Counted from the whole stretch's first letter, positions 24,509-38,030 are shown. The stretch is 62,415 nucleotides of DNA, filler included, from Sphacelaria rigidula (GCA_964200075.2; 10 parts of 10 records of this genome joined end to end with filler, not necessarily neighbours in it); one strand, 5' to 3'. Notes: generated by a model not told the origin, from the letters alone. Numbers and translations are program-made.

Positions 24509-24594
24509 CTCACTGCGTAAGCTAGGCAACCAGGTTACCCATTTTTTTCGTTGGCGTTTTGTTTGTGGTAACCATGACGGTGATCGAGCTAGAT
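24509..24594 (+). repeat. ~90-bp dispersed repeat (second copy at 31070-31160)
   Basis: CTCACT.CG.AAGCTAGGCAACCAGGTTACC...GGTAACCATGA.GGT..TCGAGCTAGAT occurs in two different contigs. Confidence 0.75.
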
Positions 24595-25008
24595 CACATT
24601 GTGCAGGGTGGAGAACCCAAACTCTGCCCAAGGGGATGATCGTACTTCGTAGTGTTTATATGGTGAGATACCCGTGGGACAGTGTGTAATCCACGGCTGT
24701 CTCTGCAAGTGGCGATACCAGAAAATGAAGCAACTCATCGGAGGCTGTCATCCATATGCAAAATACTTAGTACGTCCCGGACCGAACAATCTTGGCAGGA
24801 TGCATCTCACCATTCATGCGACGCGCCGAACACATCACGGCTCTTCGCGTTCGGTGATTGGGTGCGAGCCTGGTCCGGCGAAAACCCGGCGTGCTCCGTC
24901 CCGGCTTTNNNNNNNNNNNNNNNNNNNNNNNNNNNNNNNNNNNNNNNNNNNNTTAATTAATTAANNNNNNNNNNNNNNNNNNNNNNNNNNNNNNNNNNNN
25001 NNNNNNNN

Positions 25009-25079
25009 TAGAATCGGTAGGAGCCCCTGAACTAGACATAATTTCGCGAAAAAAGTGCACCCCTACCGTAGCATTGCTC
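25009..25079 (+). mobile_element. Right end of a GAG...CTC MITE
   Basis: GTGCACCCCTACCGTAGCATTGCTC terminus, as in 38031-38287. Confidence 0.8.
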
Positions 25080-28000
25080 TTCCCAAGTCCTAGCCGTTTA
25101 ATGCATGCGACTACAACCGTGTCTCTTGTCTCTCGTTATTCCCGTAAACTTCTTCAGGGCCTGATGAGCATACACTTCACATCTTCACGTGCATGATGCA
25201 CAACACTCTACGGCACGTAATATGCTTGAAACGCCTTCTCTGCGTACGCTCCGTCGTATCCATCGCCAGCATCGACCTCCCCAAGCCGGAAGAATATATA
25301 TGGAAAGCACGCCGGAGCTTTCGAAAGGTGTGAGGGTGTCTTGGTGGTTGCTCCCCACAGCTGTCCCTTCGTGAACAAGGCCCATCTGAAGTAGCACCGA
25401 CTGTAGAGTGAATTTACACCAAGACATCACATGCTGCGGTAGAAGCGTGAAGTGAGCAAACGCCTGATCTTCACGAAAAGCATACCGCAGTCGTCTTCAT
25501 CGACAGGCCGCCTTCGATGTGTGTAAGCATTTTTGTCCACCTATGTAAATGACCTCCTCGAGTTGAGTGTATAGCAGTCTAAGCGACGGTCCTTGAGTCG
25601 AGAACGGTGTGACGAGACGGAAGATATTCCTTTTCAAAGGATCCACGGTACTACAGCCCCCATAATTTTATTGTCGGGATGTCATCCCGTATTTCGAAGG
25701 ACAAGTTTGGTGAATTGCACCCCCACCGATATTTTCGATGATGTCACCAGACAAGTGACACACGACTTTTTGTTTGTTTCTGATCGTGCATACGGAGGGC
25801 TTCACATCAACCCATTCTTATAGTATCAAAACGCCAGCAGCAACGTCTGGGTTGAGCTTCAAGGTGGACGCAACGAAATCAACACATCGACAACAAATAG
25901 GTGTTGACACACACGGGGGGCTGCGGGGGAAGAAAGCTTTTTGTCACCGTAGGGCGTTGTAGATATCGAAAGAGAAGGAGTGTTGGTACGCACTATTTCA
26001 GGAGCTGTGAGCGGCGTGAAAATCCAGGCAGGGTGAGTCGCCATCTAGAACTCGACGTAAAACTTACCCCCAACCCAATGACTGGCGGGGGCGAGTGAGA
26101 GTTATTCAAGGGGGCGTCTGTACTTCTCCCCTTCACATGCTAGTCTGAGTTGTCGGGCTGTCACGTCTAGCCTTGCTCGGCTTCTCTTGACTGTGTGTTT
26201 GTGGTGCTGTGACCTGCAAAGTACAGTTCACCACACGCGAATCAGCCGAGGTGTGCTGCTTCGGGACGGCGAGATACGTACACAACATGCGCGTCGCGTA
26301 AGGTACCGCCGCGAGGCTAACCCGTTGGTAACATGGATGTGTGTGTGCGCGTCTCTTTTTGTCAAGACAAAGAGCGCGGATTTCGTTGTCGCTTGAGTTT
26401 AGTCAGAGCAATGTCGCTATGATATGTGTGTCCTTGTATGGGTGACATTCGCGCTGCTTGTGAGCAGCTCGATATCGTAAAGGGACATGGGGGATATTAT
26501 ATTCCAAGGAGAAAACAATGTACACAAAGAGCGAGGGATGGCTTGACAGCTGATTGAGCGCTCATTTGCTATCTCTGGAGCCTTCGGGCTTTGACCGCGC
26601 GATGGGGGCGAGGGGAATTTCATTTGCTGTATATACCGAAAAGATCCTGCCCCAATACTTTCCGCCTGGTGACGCTGCAATGATCCACGAGTTTGGTGAA
26701 AACCCAACACGGTTTTCTGTCACAAACCCGCGCGTAACCTGACGTTAACCCCCCCCCCCCCCCCCCCCCCGCCCCCCCCCCCCCCCCCCCGCCCGGGGCC
26801 CGCCATCNNNNNNNNNNACCGATTTGGTGAAAACCCCACCCGGTTTCTCTCCCCCACCCCCCGCCGAACCCGCCCCTCCCCCCCCCCCCCCCCCCCCCTC
26901 CCTCCACCCGGTGCCGACGCGGATTTGGCACTGTAGCAATGTCCCAGTTGAACGTGCTATTGCCTTCTTCAACATCATGTACGGTCGCTTGACATCGTTC
27001 AAACAAATATAGTACAGGAAATATCCGGGCGTTCCTTCCACTGAGTACTCTTGTCACCATTTCTCACAGCGACTTTTCCAGCAAGCTTTTTCAACCATTT
27101 CTTGTTGGACCATCATCGAGAGAAGCCCTTTCTGAGATCAGGGGATATTTCCACAGAGACGATTTTCTACCCATTTTGTCGAGAAAGAGTTTTGGTTTCG
27201 GACAGATCAAGGAAACGGGGTCTGTCTATCTCACACGCCTTTCGTCAAGTATGCTGCGGTTCCTGTAGCCATACAGACAGTACATGCGTGAAGTACAGCT
27301 GCACACCGCACAGCACACATAATACATGGTCCAGAAACAATGAAATACAGCCGGTGCCGCTGCGCAAAGGCACAGACAGCACGCGCAGCCACGGCACGTA
27401 GCTGTACACTACATATATGCATGCAAAAACGACAGCAGTAGAGGACTATCGAACAGTACATGCAGTACAGCCGCACAGACAGAGCACTGTACAATATACA
27501 TACATGTACGGAAATATGCCATGAAGACGGCACACAGCTGTAGACAACGGACGGTACAGCGGCCGCTGTTTCGTGTGCCGAACATCGAGCGGCAAGCAGC
27601 ACAAAAGCTCTCGACCTCATTTTGGTGTACAAGACCGCCAAACCTTTTCTAAAGATATTTTATGAGATCTGAGGGACTAGTTTCGTCGACGCCGCGAAGG
27701 GGTGCCGAGAGAAGGGCACTACCTAATCGTCTCCAGGCCTTTTTTCGGACGGTAAGAAGCGACCTACCGTGGAGTGGGAATTTCAGTTATATTTTCGAGG
27801 GACGGCGGGAGCGGGGGGTATCGGCACCGGTTCAAACATTGAAGTGCGATTGACGTCCAAAGGCAACACTCACGGGGGCGAACAACAACAAGGGCATGCG
27901 TGTTATCAGCGACAGAGGAGGCTTAGGAATGGAGAAACAGGAGACACCCTATTGGCATTGCTATTTCTTGTGAAGTCCGTGATGAGGTCGGCAGAACACA

Positions 28001-28869
28001 CATGCTGAAGTACATATGCGAGTGTCTGGTTCGTGGAAGCAATTCAAAATGCAAGGCTACTTGCTCTGTGTTGATTCTGCTCGTTGGAGCAGGGCAATTT
28101 TTCCAAACATGTCATGCTTGGCGGCTACCCCGCGGGGTTTCGTGTGCGGTAGTGGTGTTTCTGTGTCGTGTGGTGGTCGTGTTGCATATCCTTCGCAACA
28201 CATGAGAGCATACCCCAAGATATCGACGGCTGGTTGGCGTTGTATTACGAGCTCTGGTGAGTGTCATTATCCCGGCTGACCATTGAAACATAAACATAAC
28301 CACCCGTATGTCTTATACTTTTATCATAGATTTCATGTAGTCGTTTCTCATTTTATCCTAGATTTTCTGTAACACACCGAGGAATCAAATCGAAGGTCGT
28401 TTGGCACCTGAACACGCCACGATCAGACGTGAAACGCTGTCTAAAAGTTCAACACTTCTTCCTCCAACCGAGCGGTTCAGATGTTTAGACGTGCGTGACC
28501 GTTCTAAGGCGACTGTTATCGAATGTTCGGGAGCTTTTCGTGTACGGTGGACTACATTGCAGTAGAAACAGGTAGCCGAGTGGATCATGGCGAGAGCTTG
28601 TTTTTACCCAAAGTCTACAGTCAGATGTTGTTTGTGGGAGGATACAGAGTGACGAGATATGCCTTACTGTGTTCACCAACGTCCCATTCTTGGACTTTTT
28701 TTGTTGTACAGCACTCGAAAAACACAAGGACGCAGAGAGAAAAATATGTCCGTCAACCTGAGGAATAGAAGGCGAGCTTTTGTCGAGCTGACTATGCGTA
28801 CGTTCTCTAAGGGATGCACTAAAGAGCGTTCAGCGCAGCGGTCACGATCTCCATACAGTAGTAGCCAAC

Positions 28870-30234
28870 CTTCAACAAAAGATATTGAAATGGATTCAGG
28901 TTTTCCAGGTTTCTCGGTTGCCACGACTCATCGCGCTTCCTGCTTGATGCCAATATTTGGTAATCGAGATACATGAATACCCGACATAATTTTCAAAAGA
29001 TAATATTCTACGACTAATTATGAACGAGTTACGGACTCACAGGTATTTGAGGGTCCCGCGGGTGTACAGCCCCCGAGTCTCGCTCTCTGATATTTTCGCT
29101 CGACCGCACCGATTCGGATAGTTAAAATGAATAAACCTCTGCCTTCGGTTTCTCTGCTTCCTCGAGATTCACCGCGCTTCAGCCGAAAAATCACGTGGTC
29201 AACAACACTTCCTCGATGGACGGGGTTTTACTCTGTATTGCATCGACAACGCAAAATTGGAAACGTGTCCTGGGGACAATCTGCTTCTTTTTCCAACGCG
29301 TACCGACTCTTGAACTCTCGAATGAAGATGGCAAATCGTCTGTGAAGAAATCCTGATTGAGTGACTCCCATATTTACAGTTTCACTATTGTTTGCGGTGC
29401 CTAACCAGCGTCGAATGCTGAAACGATTTTCCAAGAGTTGAGCAGAGGTTACCGTCGAGGTTACTACGGTTAAAAGACACTTTGTACGATAGCCCCCCCC
29501 CAAAACCAGCCAAAAAGCAGCACGAAAACAATGGCCGTACGGCGCCTGATGTGATGTTTGGGTTCAGGCTGCATGAAGTGCCTCATATTGGCGACATTGC
29601 CTAGAACGAACCCAAGCATGGGGATTTCCAGTTACTTGTTGTGCTCGGCTTTTCCTGTTTCGATTTACGCGAAGATTTTGCCTCTCAAAACCATGCACTT
29701 TTTTTGGGGGGGGCTACCGTAGAAAGTGTCAAAATTATACACAAGCTGGAGTGAGACTAACATCCGGTTGGCGTGTGACAGGAGGACAAGAGTGTCCACT
29801 GTTCAACCTGCACCGCAAGTGCTACTGTACTGGACTTTAACTTTCGCCGTTTCTGACATTGCATCCGTTCCGCTCGCCGTGTGATCGTGTCCTGTCGCCG
29901 CGAAAAACAAATGAAAACACAGGTCACTTGCCCGCCCAGCGAGCGAGTGACATCAGCGGCATGTTCGGCGGTTCACCGAGGTCTTCACACCGCATGCCTG
30001 CGCCTGCGGTCGACCCTTGCCGAGGTGCGCATTTAGAAAATAGAAAGGTTACCATTCAGTTACCATTTGAGACTGCCGAAACAGTTTGAATTGCCATGCA
30101 GCCCGCAAAACATTGTCCATTCCGCACATGAGCCCGACATCTCGAACCCACGGTCACAGAAGTAGAGTCGCCTCTCCGTACCGTCCCAGCTTTTGCTTAC
30201 ATAAGATGGAGCGCCCATTGCTTGTTCTGCGAGT
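28870..30234 (-). CDS. Two candidate exons of an unidentified gene (30234-30064 and 28939-28870)
   Basis: Canonical AG/GT sites, open frames and compatible phase. Joined peptide: LAEQAMGAPSYVSKSWDG..GSLKWKRDESWQPRNLENLNPFQYLLLK. No homology recognised. Confidence 0.3.
29476..29730. mobile_element. 255-bp MITE, family GAC-B
   Basis: TIRs GACACTTTGTACGATAGCCCCCCCC / GGGGGGGGCTACCGTAGAAAGTGTC. AAAA on both sides (29472-29475, 29731-29734). Confidence 0.8.
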
Positions 30235-31260
30235 CTGAAGGTAAGGCGAAAGAGCACAATGATAAAACAACCACAGAGAGACGTCAAACAAATCAGCAGA
30301 GAAAAAGCGCCCCCTCCAGTTGGTCGGGGTATGGTGAAACAAGCACATCAGATCTGCCGAAAAACGTAATCAAAGGGAGTAAAAAAGAAACAAATGAGGA
30401 AAAGGGGGGAATTTTTGGAGTCTCAAAGCGTCTTACTCACTGCCCTATTCTTGGGGCTGTAAACTGGACGAGTCAATCCTGTCGATGGAACTGGAACTGG
30501 AATTCAGCTGGAACCTACGACGAGGGCGCCAGCTGTCTAGTTTATTTGAAGTTTGCCGTTACCGGCTATGTTTCACACCGATTTTAGTATTGAGCAGTTC
30601 CACACCATTCCAGGTCACGTTTTTGAAATATTCGAACTCAATGCATCAGGGAACCAACTCAGCAAGAGCCCAAGTTTGATGAATGACGCATAGTAATGTG
30701 TAAACAACATCGATTGAATCGGATTTGGGCGGGGGGTGCATGGTAGCGCAGGGGACAAGAAACAGCCTTGCCCGGGGGTGCTTTGCCGTGAGCTTATGGG
30801 CGGTTTTTACCATTTTGGCCTATATGGTGTAAACGGCATTACGTTTGGACGACATGAGGGTATTTCCGAGATACTTGAAATACCGGAATAGTAAAATATG
30901 GATTTTTTTTCCTTATCCGGAAATATCACGTAGGTATCTTCTCCCAAAATCAACTGTCATCTGTGTGGTGGCTTACCCTTTTGGTCTGTTACATACACGA
31001 AGGGTGATGCATCCAAACACACGAACACATAAAAAAACGTATCAACGATAAAATTATTTATCTCCGCCCCTCACTACGGAAGCTAGGCAACCAGGTTACC
31101 GTTAGTTTTTGGCGCGCTTGCGTTTTTTTTGCGGTAACCATGATGGTAGTCGAGCTAGATNNNNNNNNNNNNNNNNNNNNNNNNNNNNNNNNNNNNNNNN
31201 NNNNTTAATTAATTAANNNNNNNNNNNNNNNNNNNNNNNNNNNNNNNNNNNNNNNNNNNN

Positions 31261-31941
31261 TGCCCTTGTCCCCTGGTCATCATCCAGGATCCTACATGCT
31301 ACATCTACTACGCCTTGGTGTATTTTGGCTACAGAGCGCTTGCTCGCCAGTCGCATGGCCAATGCGAGAGGCACTGGGAAGCTGTTATGAAAGTTCTGAA
31401 GTATCTGAATGAGACGAAAAAGTTGGGACCTACCTTCAAGAAAGCTCATGATGGGCTTTCAGTCTACTACGATGCAGATTACGCCAAGAAGGAAACGGAT
31501 AGGCGTTCGGTTTCAGGGGTAGCCGTGATGTACGGTGGTGTGGTAGTGTCGGCAACGAGCCGCACGCAACATAGCGTAACTCTGTCAACTGCGGAGGCAG
31601 AGTATGTTGCAAAGGCCGAGGGAGCAAAGGAGGGATTGTTTGTGAAGGCAGTGTTGACGTTCCTGCGACCGCCGATTGTGTCGGCAAGCGGGGAGAACCA
31701 AGGTATTGTTTTGTACGGGGACAACGAGGGAGCAAAAGCTCTGGCCGAAAATCCTCTCAGTTCCGAGAGTAGTAAGCACATAGACGTGGGATGTCACTTC
31801 ATTCGAGAGCTGGTGGGAACGGGAAAGGTCAGGGTTGTACATGTAGGCTCAGGATGGCAGCATGCAGATATTTTGACGAAGCCTCATTCGATCAGCCTGT
31901 TTACGAGGCACAGGCGTTTTTTTGATGAACTTGGAAGGTGA
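31261..31941 (+). mobile_element. Ty1/Copia pol 3' end (end of RT plus RNase H)
   Basis: HWEAVMKVLKYL; YYDADYA..DRRSVSG; VTLSTAEAEYVA; DNEGAKALAENP..SKHIDV..HFIRE; QHADILTKP. Confidence 0.95.
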
Positions 31942-31966
31942 CAAGTAGGCACGTTTTTTGTGTGTA

Positions 31967-32407
31967 AACACGCGATCTTACAAATTTGGGATGGATCTTT
32001 TATTGGGGATGAGAAAACCGGAGAAATAAAATCATCGTATTCACACCCATTCTTCGAAATATGGTCCCATTTTTTCACCTACTGATAGCTATTGACAACG
32101 ACTACACGCAATAGAAATTTGGATGATCACCGAAATTTTGGGGTCCTACATCAAAAAACAATTTCGGAACCATTTTGGCATCCGTTCGGACACCCGGAAT
32201 TCCCCAAAATTGGTTCTTCACCTATGACCCCAACGTTTCGGTTATCGAAATCCAAGTTTCTATGGCTTGTAGCAGTTGTCACTAGCTATCAGTAGGTGAA
32301 GAAATGGAACCATGTTTCGAAGATTTGGTGTGGGTACGAAGATTTTAATTCTCCGAGTTTCTCATCCCCAATAAAAGATCCATCCCCAAGTTGTAAGATC
32401 CCGTGTT
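31967..32407. mobile_element. 441-bp fold-back MITE (AAC...GTT family)
   Basis: AACACGCGATCTTACAAA...TTGTAAGATCCCGTGTT. TSD TGTA at 31963-31966 and 32408-32411. Confidence 0.92.
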
Positions 32408-32959
32408 TGTATCATTGTGCTCGTGCCGGGTATTTTCAGGTGTTCAAGTGATGCATTTATGCGCATTTTGGGTTGAGCCACCCACGCTACTTTGAGGGGC
32501 ATGGGTTTCGTAGGGCGTTTCCTGACATGTCGTGTATCTGCCTTAACCGGCGTCGATGGATTATCTAGATGGAGCGCAAGCTGTTGAGGGGAGTTTTTTT
32601 TTGCCCGGATGGCCGGGTTTCCCCCTTGAAACGTTTTTTTTTCAAGAGAGAGAAAGCCACGACAACTGATGTACCGGTTCAGAGGGCGTATTCATGTGAA
32701 CAGGTACACTGAGTGAACATGCACATGTGCGGATAGATCAATTCGGACGTGCGGGTACTGGTAGTCGAGTGTGTGTGACTACAGTACCCCGCTCATGGTA
32801 GCTACCACGCTGCCTGCTGAGCTCACTCGACATCTGATCCCTCAGTCATAGGGTCGACTCGGTTTAGGCACTCTCCAATAATACAAAAGATGAAACTATC
32901 TATCCTTCGCCACGGACCACGGAATACCGAGCACCGGTTGATGCTTTGGGGAACGACAA

Positions 32960-33260
32960 CTTCCTATCCAAATCTCGAGTGAAACTCATGCACTGTAAGC
33001 AGACTGAATCGGTCAAGCGTCATATCCAAATCCGTGTCACCACTGGCCGAGAATTTAGAACCCAGAAGCTTTCTATTCAACTCTTACAACATGAAGCTCG
33101 CACCATGGAAGTAGACTGAATTGGCCAAGAGCCATATCCAAATCATCCGTACCATCACCTGTCGAGCGTGCAGAACTCAGAACATTGAATACCAACTCTC
33201 CCATGCAGCTCGTACTGTGTTAACTGACTGAATTGGTCAAGGGCCACATCCAAATCCGTT
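32960..33260 (+). repeat. Degenerate tandem repeat, period ~112 bp
   Basis: GACTGAAT(T/C)GG(T/C)CAAG..CATATCCAAATC at about 33002, 33114 and 33226. The intervening segments also resemble each other. Confidence 0.75.
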
Positions 33261-36200
33261 CTGTCCAAGCAGATCTTGAGTTCACACCCGTCCGATAAAA
33301 CTACTGGTACCCATCGAGACCCTTGCCTCCATACCCTAACACTCGTGCATGTGTGTCGTGCGACAATTTTTGTCTCGCCGGTGGCGTGTAATCGCCGTAT
33401 TCCCGAGTCGTGCCGTATTCTCCTGTGAATCAACAACAAGGTGTAGTTGTGCTGTTGTTCGGTTTCGTCTACGGCGCTTTTTCGCAACGAGCTTCTCCCC
33501 GGGGAGGACTGCGATTGTAGGGCCGAGGTTACCCTTCAAGCTTTCTCTTTTTCATATCCCCCCCCCCCCTTTTTTGCTATGGTATGCTCTTTTTTTCCTT
33601 CTCATTCCTTTAGACTTTCCCATTTTTTAGTTTCATTCAGCGAATATTCATGTGTGTTTACCTTAAGCGCGTCTGTCTTGTGGCCACAGCTATGGGTTCG
33701 TAGCGGACAGGTCAATGTGCGACACTCACACTCCGTACTCAAAGGCCATGACAACAGAGCTGTTTTTTTGTTCTAAACTTTGTCTCTACTCGATGAATCC
33801 AACTTATTTTGTTACAGGATCCACTATCGTTGGTCGCTAAACACCTTACTTACGTGTTGGACGAGTCTCTGGTCGCGATGGGCTGTATCATACGACCAGT
33901 TCGGAAATAAAGGGGCGCGCTGCCTGGAGTCATCATATTATCTGCCTCATCATCTCGCCGAAAACCAACGGTCGAGACATGTGCTTCTTCGTTTCGGACG
34001 CCAACCGTAATGATAACACAAACTCCAACCCTGGGCAGACCGGGAGCACTTCCCTGAGAAAGGTGGACAAGGAGTTCAGTGCGAAATACGCGTCGGCAGA
34101 GCTCATTTCGGCATCTGCGACACGATTGAACAACGGCGCGTGGTGTCACCACGCTGACGAGCACCTGGGATTGTATGTTCCCGAAAGATCTGAATGTTTT
34201 AGTGTCCACGATTACCTTAAGTGCATTTCAACGATGAGTATTCAGGGATCGATCGGTGATTGTACATGGTAGCTTTTTGCTGCTGGTTTGATTTCACACC
34301 GGAAGTGAAACGGTTTTGAAGAACGAGGGTAGTTTTCTCGACCAATAAGTACTGTACCGTTGGATAGATCTTGGGTGGATTCGTGGATCGACGCGCTTTT
34401 TCATCGCCGTTAGCCAGGCATTGGAATTGCTACTGTCGAGATCTGTCGATGTATTCCCTCCTTCAGTAGCACAAACTTCTCGGGGACACCAAGCTTTGGA
34501 TATTATGCCAGGCCGCGATGACGTCCCGGGTTCTGCGCCGGTAGGCCGACATATTTTGCGTCTTTACAGTTCAGTTCGGGTGGCGTCATGCGTCAGTAAC
34601 AGATGTATAGGCGACTGGGTTTGCATCTACTACCGTACGATATGTGTCGTGTCACGCTGCAGAACTAGTGATAGGATAGAGCTGTACTGCACTGCCACTG
34701 TAGACGCACCACGTAGATTCCATTAAAGGATAGGAGACAGCAGTGCTGGGGCGTCGTGTCGTAGTGATCACAACCTGGAGGGGTTCGCACGCACTGATGC
34801 AAGCACGTCCCCGTTCAGTATCAGTCTCTAGCAAATATTGAGGGTTATGACTCGATCGACGACAAACAAGATCGGTATCCTTATGCACGTACAAGTTTTT
34901 TTTCTCTTTTGCTGTAGCTGTCCTATTCAGACCGGCTGTCGGAAGATAGATTTTCTCCATGGAACAGCAAAGAATGTAAACAACACTTTTCTGGTGAGGG
35001 ATACACCATTGCAGTGTGGTGCGTTATGAGGATATTTTCCGATGCTGAAAGACAAATAGCATGAAATGCGATACAACTACAGCATTATTACATAAGGCGA
35101 CAGCTTAAAAAAGATACCAACGAGATTTGCTCCCCATGTATCCAACTTGGTGATAGTCATGCCTTTGATGTCCATATGTGAACGCCAGGGCTGGTGTTCT
35201 TTGGCAACAGAACCAGAGACGATGCGAATCGGACACGATAGAAGAATGACCTCTTCAACTGGACATGTGTCTGTAGAAGAGGACGACGATCTACTGGACT
35301 CCAGCACCTCATCTTCTCTGGATTCATCATTCTGTAAGGTGCAGTCTGTTGACATGATGATTCCTGTGGCACCACTTACGGTAGGTAAACAGGTGCTCTG
35401 ACGACAAACTTTACCCATCGTACCGCCTGGGGCTCTCTTAAAGACGTAACGTGCCGTAAAATCACGCGCATACATACACACCAGTCGGGTACCCGGCACT
35501 ACACTAATTAGTAGTTGAGCTGACAATCGAGGTCGTCCTGGCTGTCAGTTACTGTCAATGATGGTCAAACAATCCAATGATGTAGGTGCATGTGTGTTTC
35601 TGTGAGTTCGGGGTGCATGAGTCCAGATGGCGCCCACTATACCTGAAGCGATCGAAACGCGCGTTCTACAAGCATATGGCAGCGGCGGGTGAAGGCAAGG
35701 GCCGGTTTGACGTGCAGATATAACGGTAGATAGAGCGGCAAACTTTAGACACGTATAAGACACAAAGGTGTGAAAGCTCGCTGGCAGGTGGCTTGTTGTC
35801 GGCTGCCACTTTGAAATAGCACCCCACAACCACCTCAAATCTGATAGCTGGCGAACTAACGTGGAATCTTGAATCTTGATGCTTTCACGGAGCAGCTATT
35901 ATAGGAGGTAGAGGGAGGCAGCTGTTTGTGGACCGTTGGTGTCCAGGCGACAGCACCTGCAGCTGTCGGCACTAGATTTGCAGCGAACAACATACATACT
36001 ATCCTGCCGAACCGACACGCTTTGCCTTCACAGTAATGATGGACCCAACGCAACAAACAAGAGCCAACATCATCGCACCGTGAGAAAACATCAGATCATC
36101 AAATCCAGGTGGCACGGCCCGCGTACCACAATTGACAAATAATGAAGAAAAATAGCGAACAAGGGAAAGCTGGCTGTCTCTCTTCCCTGTTTCTTCGTCT

Positions 36201-36586
36201 TTTTGCTGTCGTCCTACCTATTCTGGACGCCGGTCTACACCTTACTACGGTGTTTGTGGGCGCACCAGCCGGGGTCACGCAGGAGGAATGGATTATTGGA
36301 AGCTTAAAAGATTGCTGCATTGCAAAGAATATGGGAGCTGTGCGTGAGATAGATGGCGCGCTTCCGTGTTTAACCTGATATATGAGCAAGTTGTTTGCCC
36401 GTTGCGTACATTTTCATGTATTCGTGGCACGTTGGTATTTAAGTGCCTCAAGTACATACTCTGATAACCCCGTCTGAGCCAACTTTCATGACGGCGATGT
36501 TTTATAGATCCACTGGACTCTGCTGCTCACGCGTCGGGTGTCTGCGATTTTCTGCATATATCCCCCGTGTTGAGAACTCGGTTATG

Positions 36587-37396
36587 AACACGGAATTTTA
36601 CAAGTTGGGGATGGGTCTTTTATTGGGGACGAAAACCCGGAGAAATAACATCTTCATATCCACACCAAATCTTCGAAGTATGCTTCCATTTCTTCACTTG
36701 CTGGTAGCTATTGGAAACTACTACACGCCATACAAATTTGGATTCCGATAATCGAAATGTCGGGGCCCTAGGCAAAAAAAACACTTTCGGCGTCAACACG
36801 GGATCTTACAAATTGGGCATGGATCTTTTATTGGGGATGAGAAGCTCGAAGAATTAAAATATTCATATCCACAGTAAATCTTCGAAATATGGTTTCATTT
36901 CTCCACCCACTCATAGCCTTTGACAACTACTAAACGTCAAAGAAATTTGGATCTCGATAACCGAAATGTTGGGGTCCTAGGTGAAAAACCAATGTTGGGG
37001 AATTTCGGGTGTCCGAGCGCACGCCAAAATGGTTCCGAAATTGGTTTTTCACCCAGGACCGCAACATTTCCGTGATCGGAATCCCAATTTCTCTGGCGTG
37101 TAGCAGTTGTCAAGAGCTATCAGTAGGTGAAAAAATGGAACCATATTCCAAAGATTTACTGTGAATACGAAGATTTTAATTCTCCGGGTTTTTCATCCCC
37201 AATAAAAGATCCATCCCCAATTTGTAAGATCCCGTGTTCGTCCGATCGGACACCTAAACCCCCCCAAAATTGGTTCTTCATCTGGGACCCCGACATTTCG
37301 GTTATCAAAATCCTAAATTGTACGGCGTGCAGTAGTTTTCAATAGCTACGATCAAGTGAAGAAATAGGAGCATACTTCGAAGGTTTGGTGTGGATG
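36587..37396. mobile_element. Older fold-back MITE (AAC family), split by a younger copy; right end missing
   Basis: Starts AACACGGAATTTTACAAGTTGGGGATGG. The right arm resumes at 37243 after the nested copy. Confidence 0.8.
36795..37238. mobile_element. 444-bp fold-back MITE (AAC...GTT family), nested
   Basis: AACACGGGATCTTACAAA...TTTGTAAGATCCCGTGTT. TSD CGTC at 36791-36794 and 37239-37242. Confidence 0.93.
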
Positions 37397-38030
37397 CTGT
37401 GACGCTAGCAGNNNNNNNNNNNNNNNNNNNNNNNNNNNNNNNNNNNNNNNNNNNNTTAATTAATTAANNNNNNNNNNNNNNNNNNNNNNNNNNNNNNNNN
37501 NNNNNNNNNNNTCACGTAGTGAGTGGCGTTTTTTATAGCGTCATCGCCAACCGACGCCAAACCCATCGGGGCAGTCGGGGGAGAGGGGGGGGAGCGGTGT
37601 ATGAGACATCAAATAGTTGTGAAGACCTTCTTGACATGTCGAGTGAAAAAAGATACCTATGGTAGTGATCTAACCGTTGCTAGCGTGGTGCAGCGGGGTT
37701 CGTCCATGCTGTAATCTGGAGCACGCGCTGGCTGCGTGAACACCTCGGCACGGTAGCTTTCAAGAACTTATTTGATTAAGAGGAGATCACGCACTACAAC
37801 CTTGATCGAATATGCTTACACTCAGTCGTGAGAATGATGGCATGTAGGATACTGCGTACATGTTGGCTTGTGTGATATGATACAAGGATTATGTGGACGG
37901 AATAACCGGAATGTGGGGATGTTGGAGTATTTCGCGTAGGAGGCTTTTCATCGGATTGTGTGGTAAGACGCATTCCTGTTGGTATTCCGTGGTGTGGGAA
38001 GCACATGCCACCCACCCGAATTCAGTTGTA

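Noticed and set aside
26554..27012. Harbinger-like DDE motifs (PGDAA..VERAIAFF)
   Set aside because: The similarity is too short, the region spans an artefactual gap, and there are no supporting upstream motifs.
32960..33260. CRISPR-like pattern of ~31-bp repeats with ~80-bp spacers
   Set aside because: The spacers are similar to each other and too long, the repeats are degenerate, there are no cas genes and the context is eukaryotic. It is a decayed tandem repeat.
33850..36390. Possible exons in contig 6 (for example 35130-35365 and 36250-36373, minus)
   Set aside because: Splice-like signals exist, but I found no homology and could not build a consistent exon chain.
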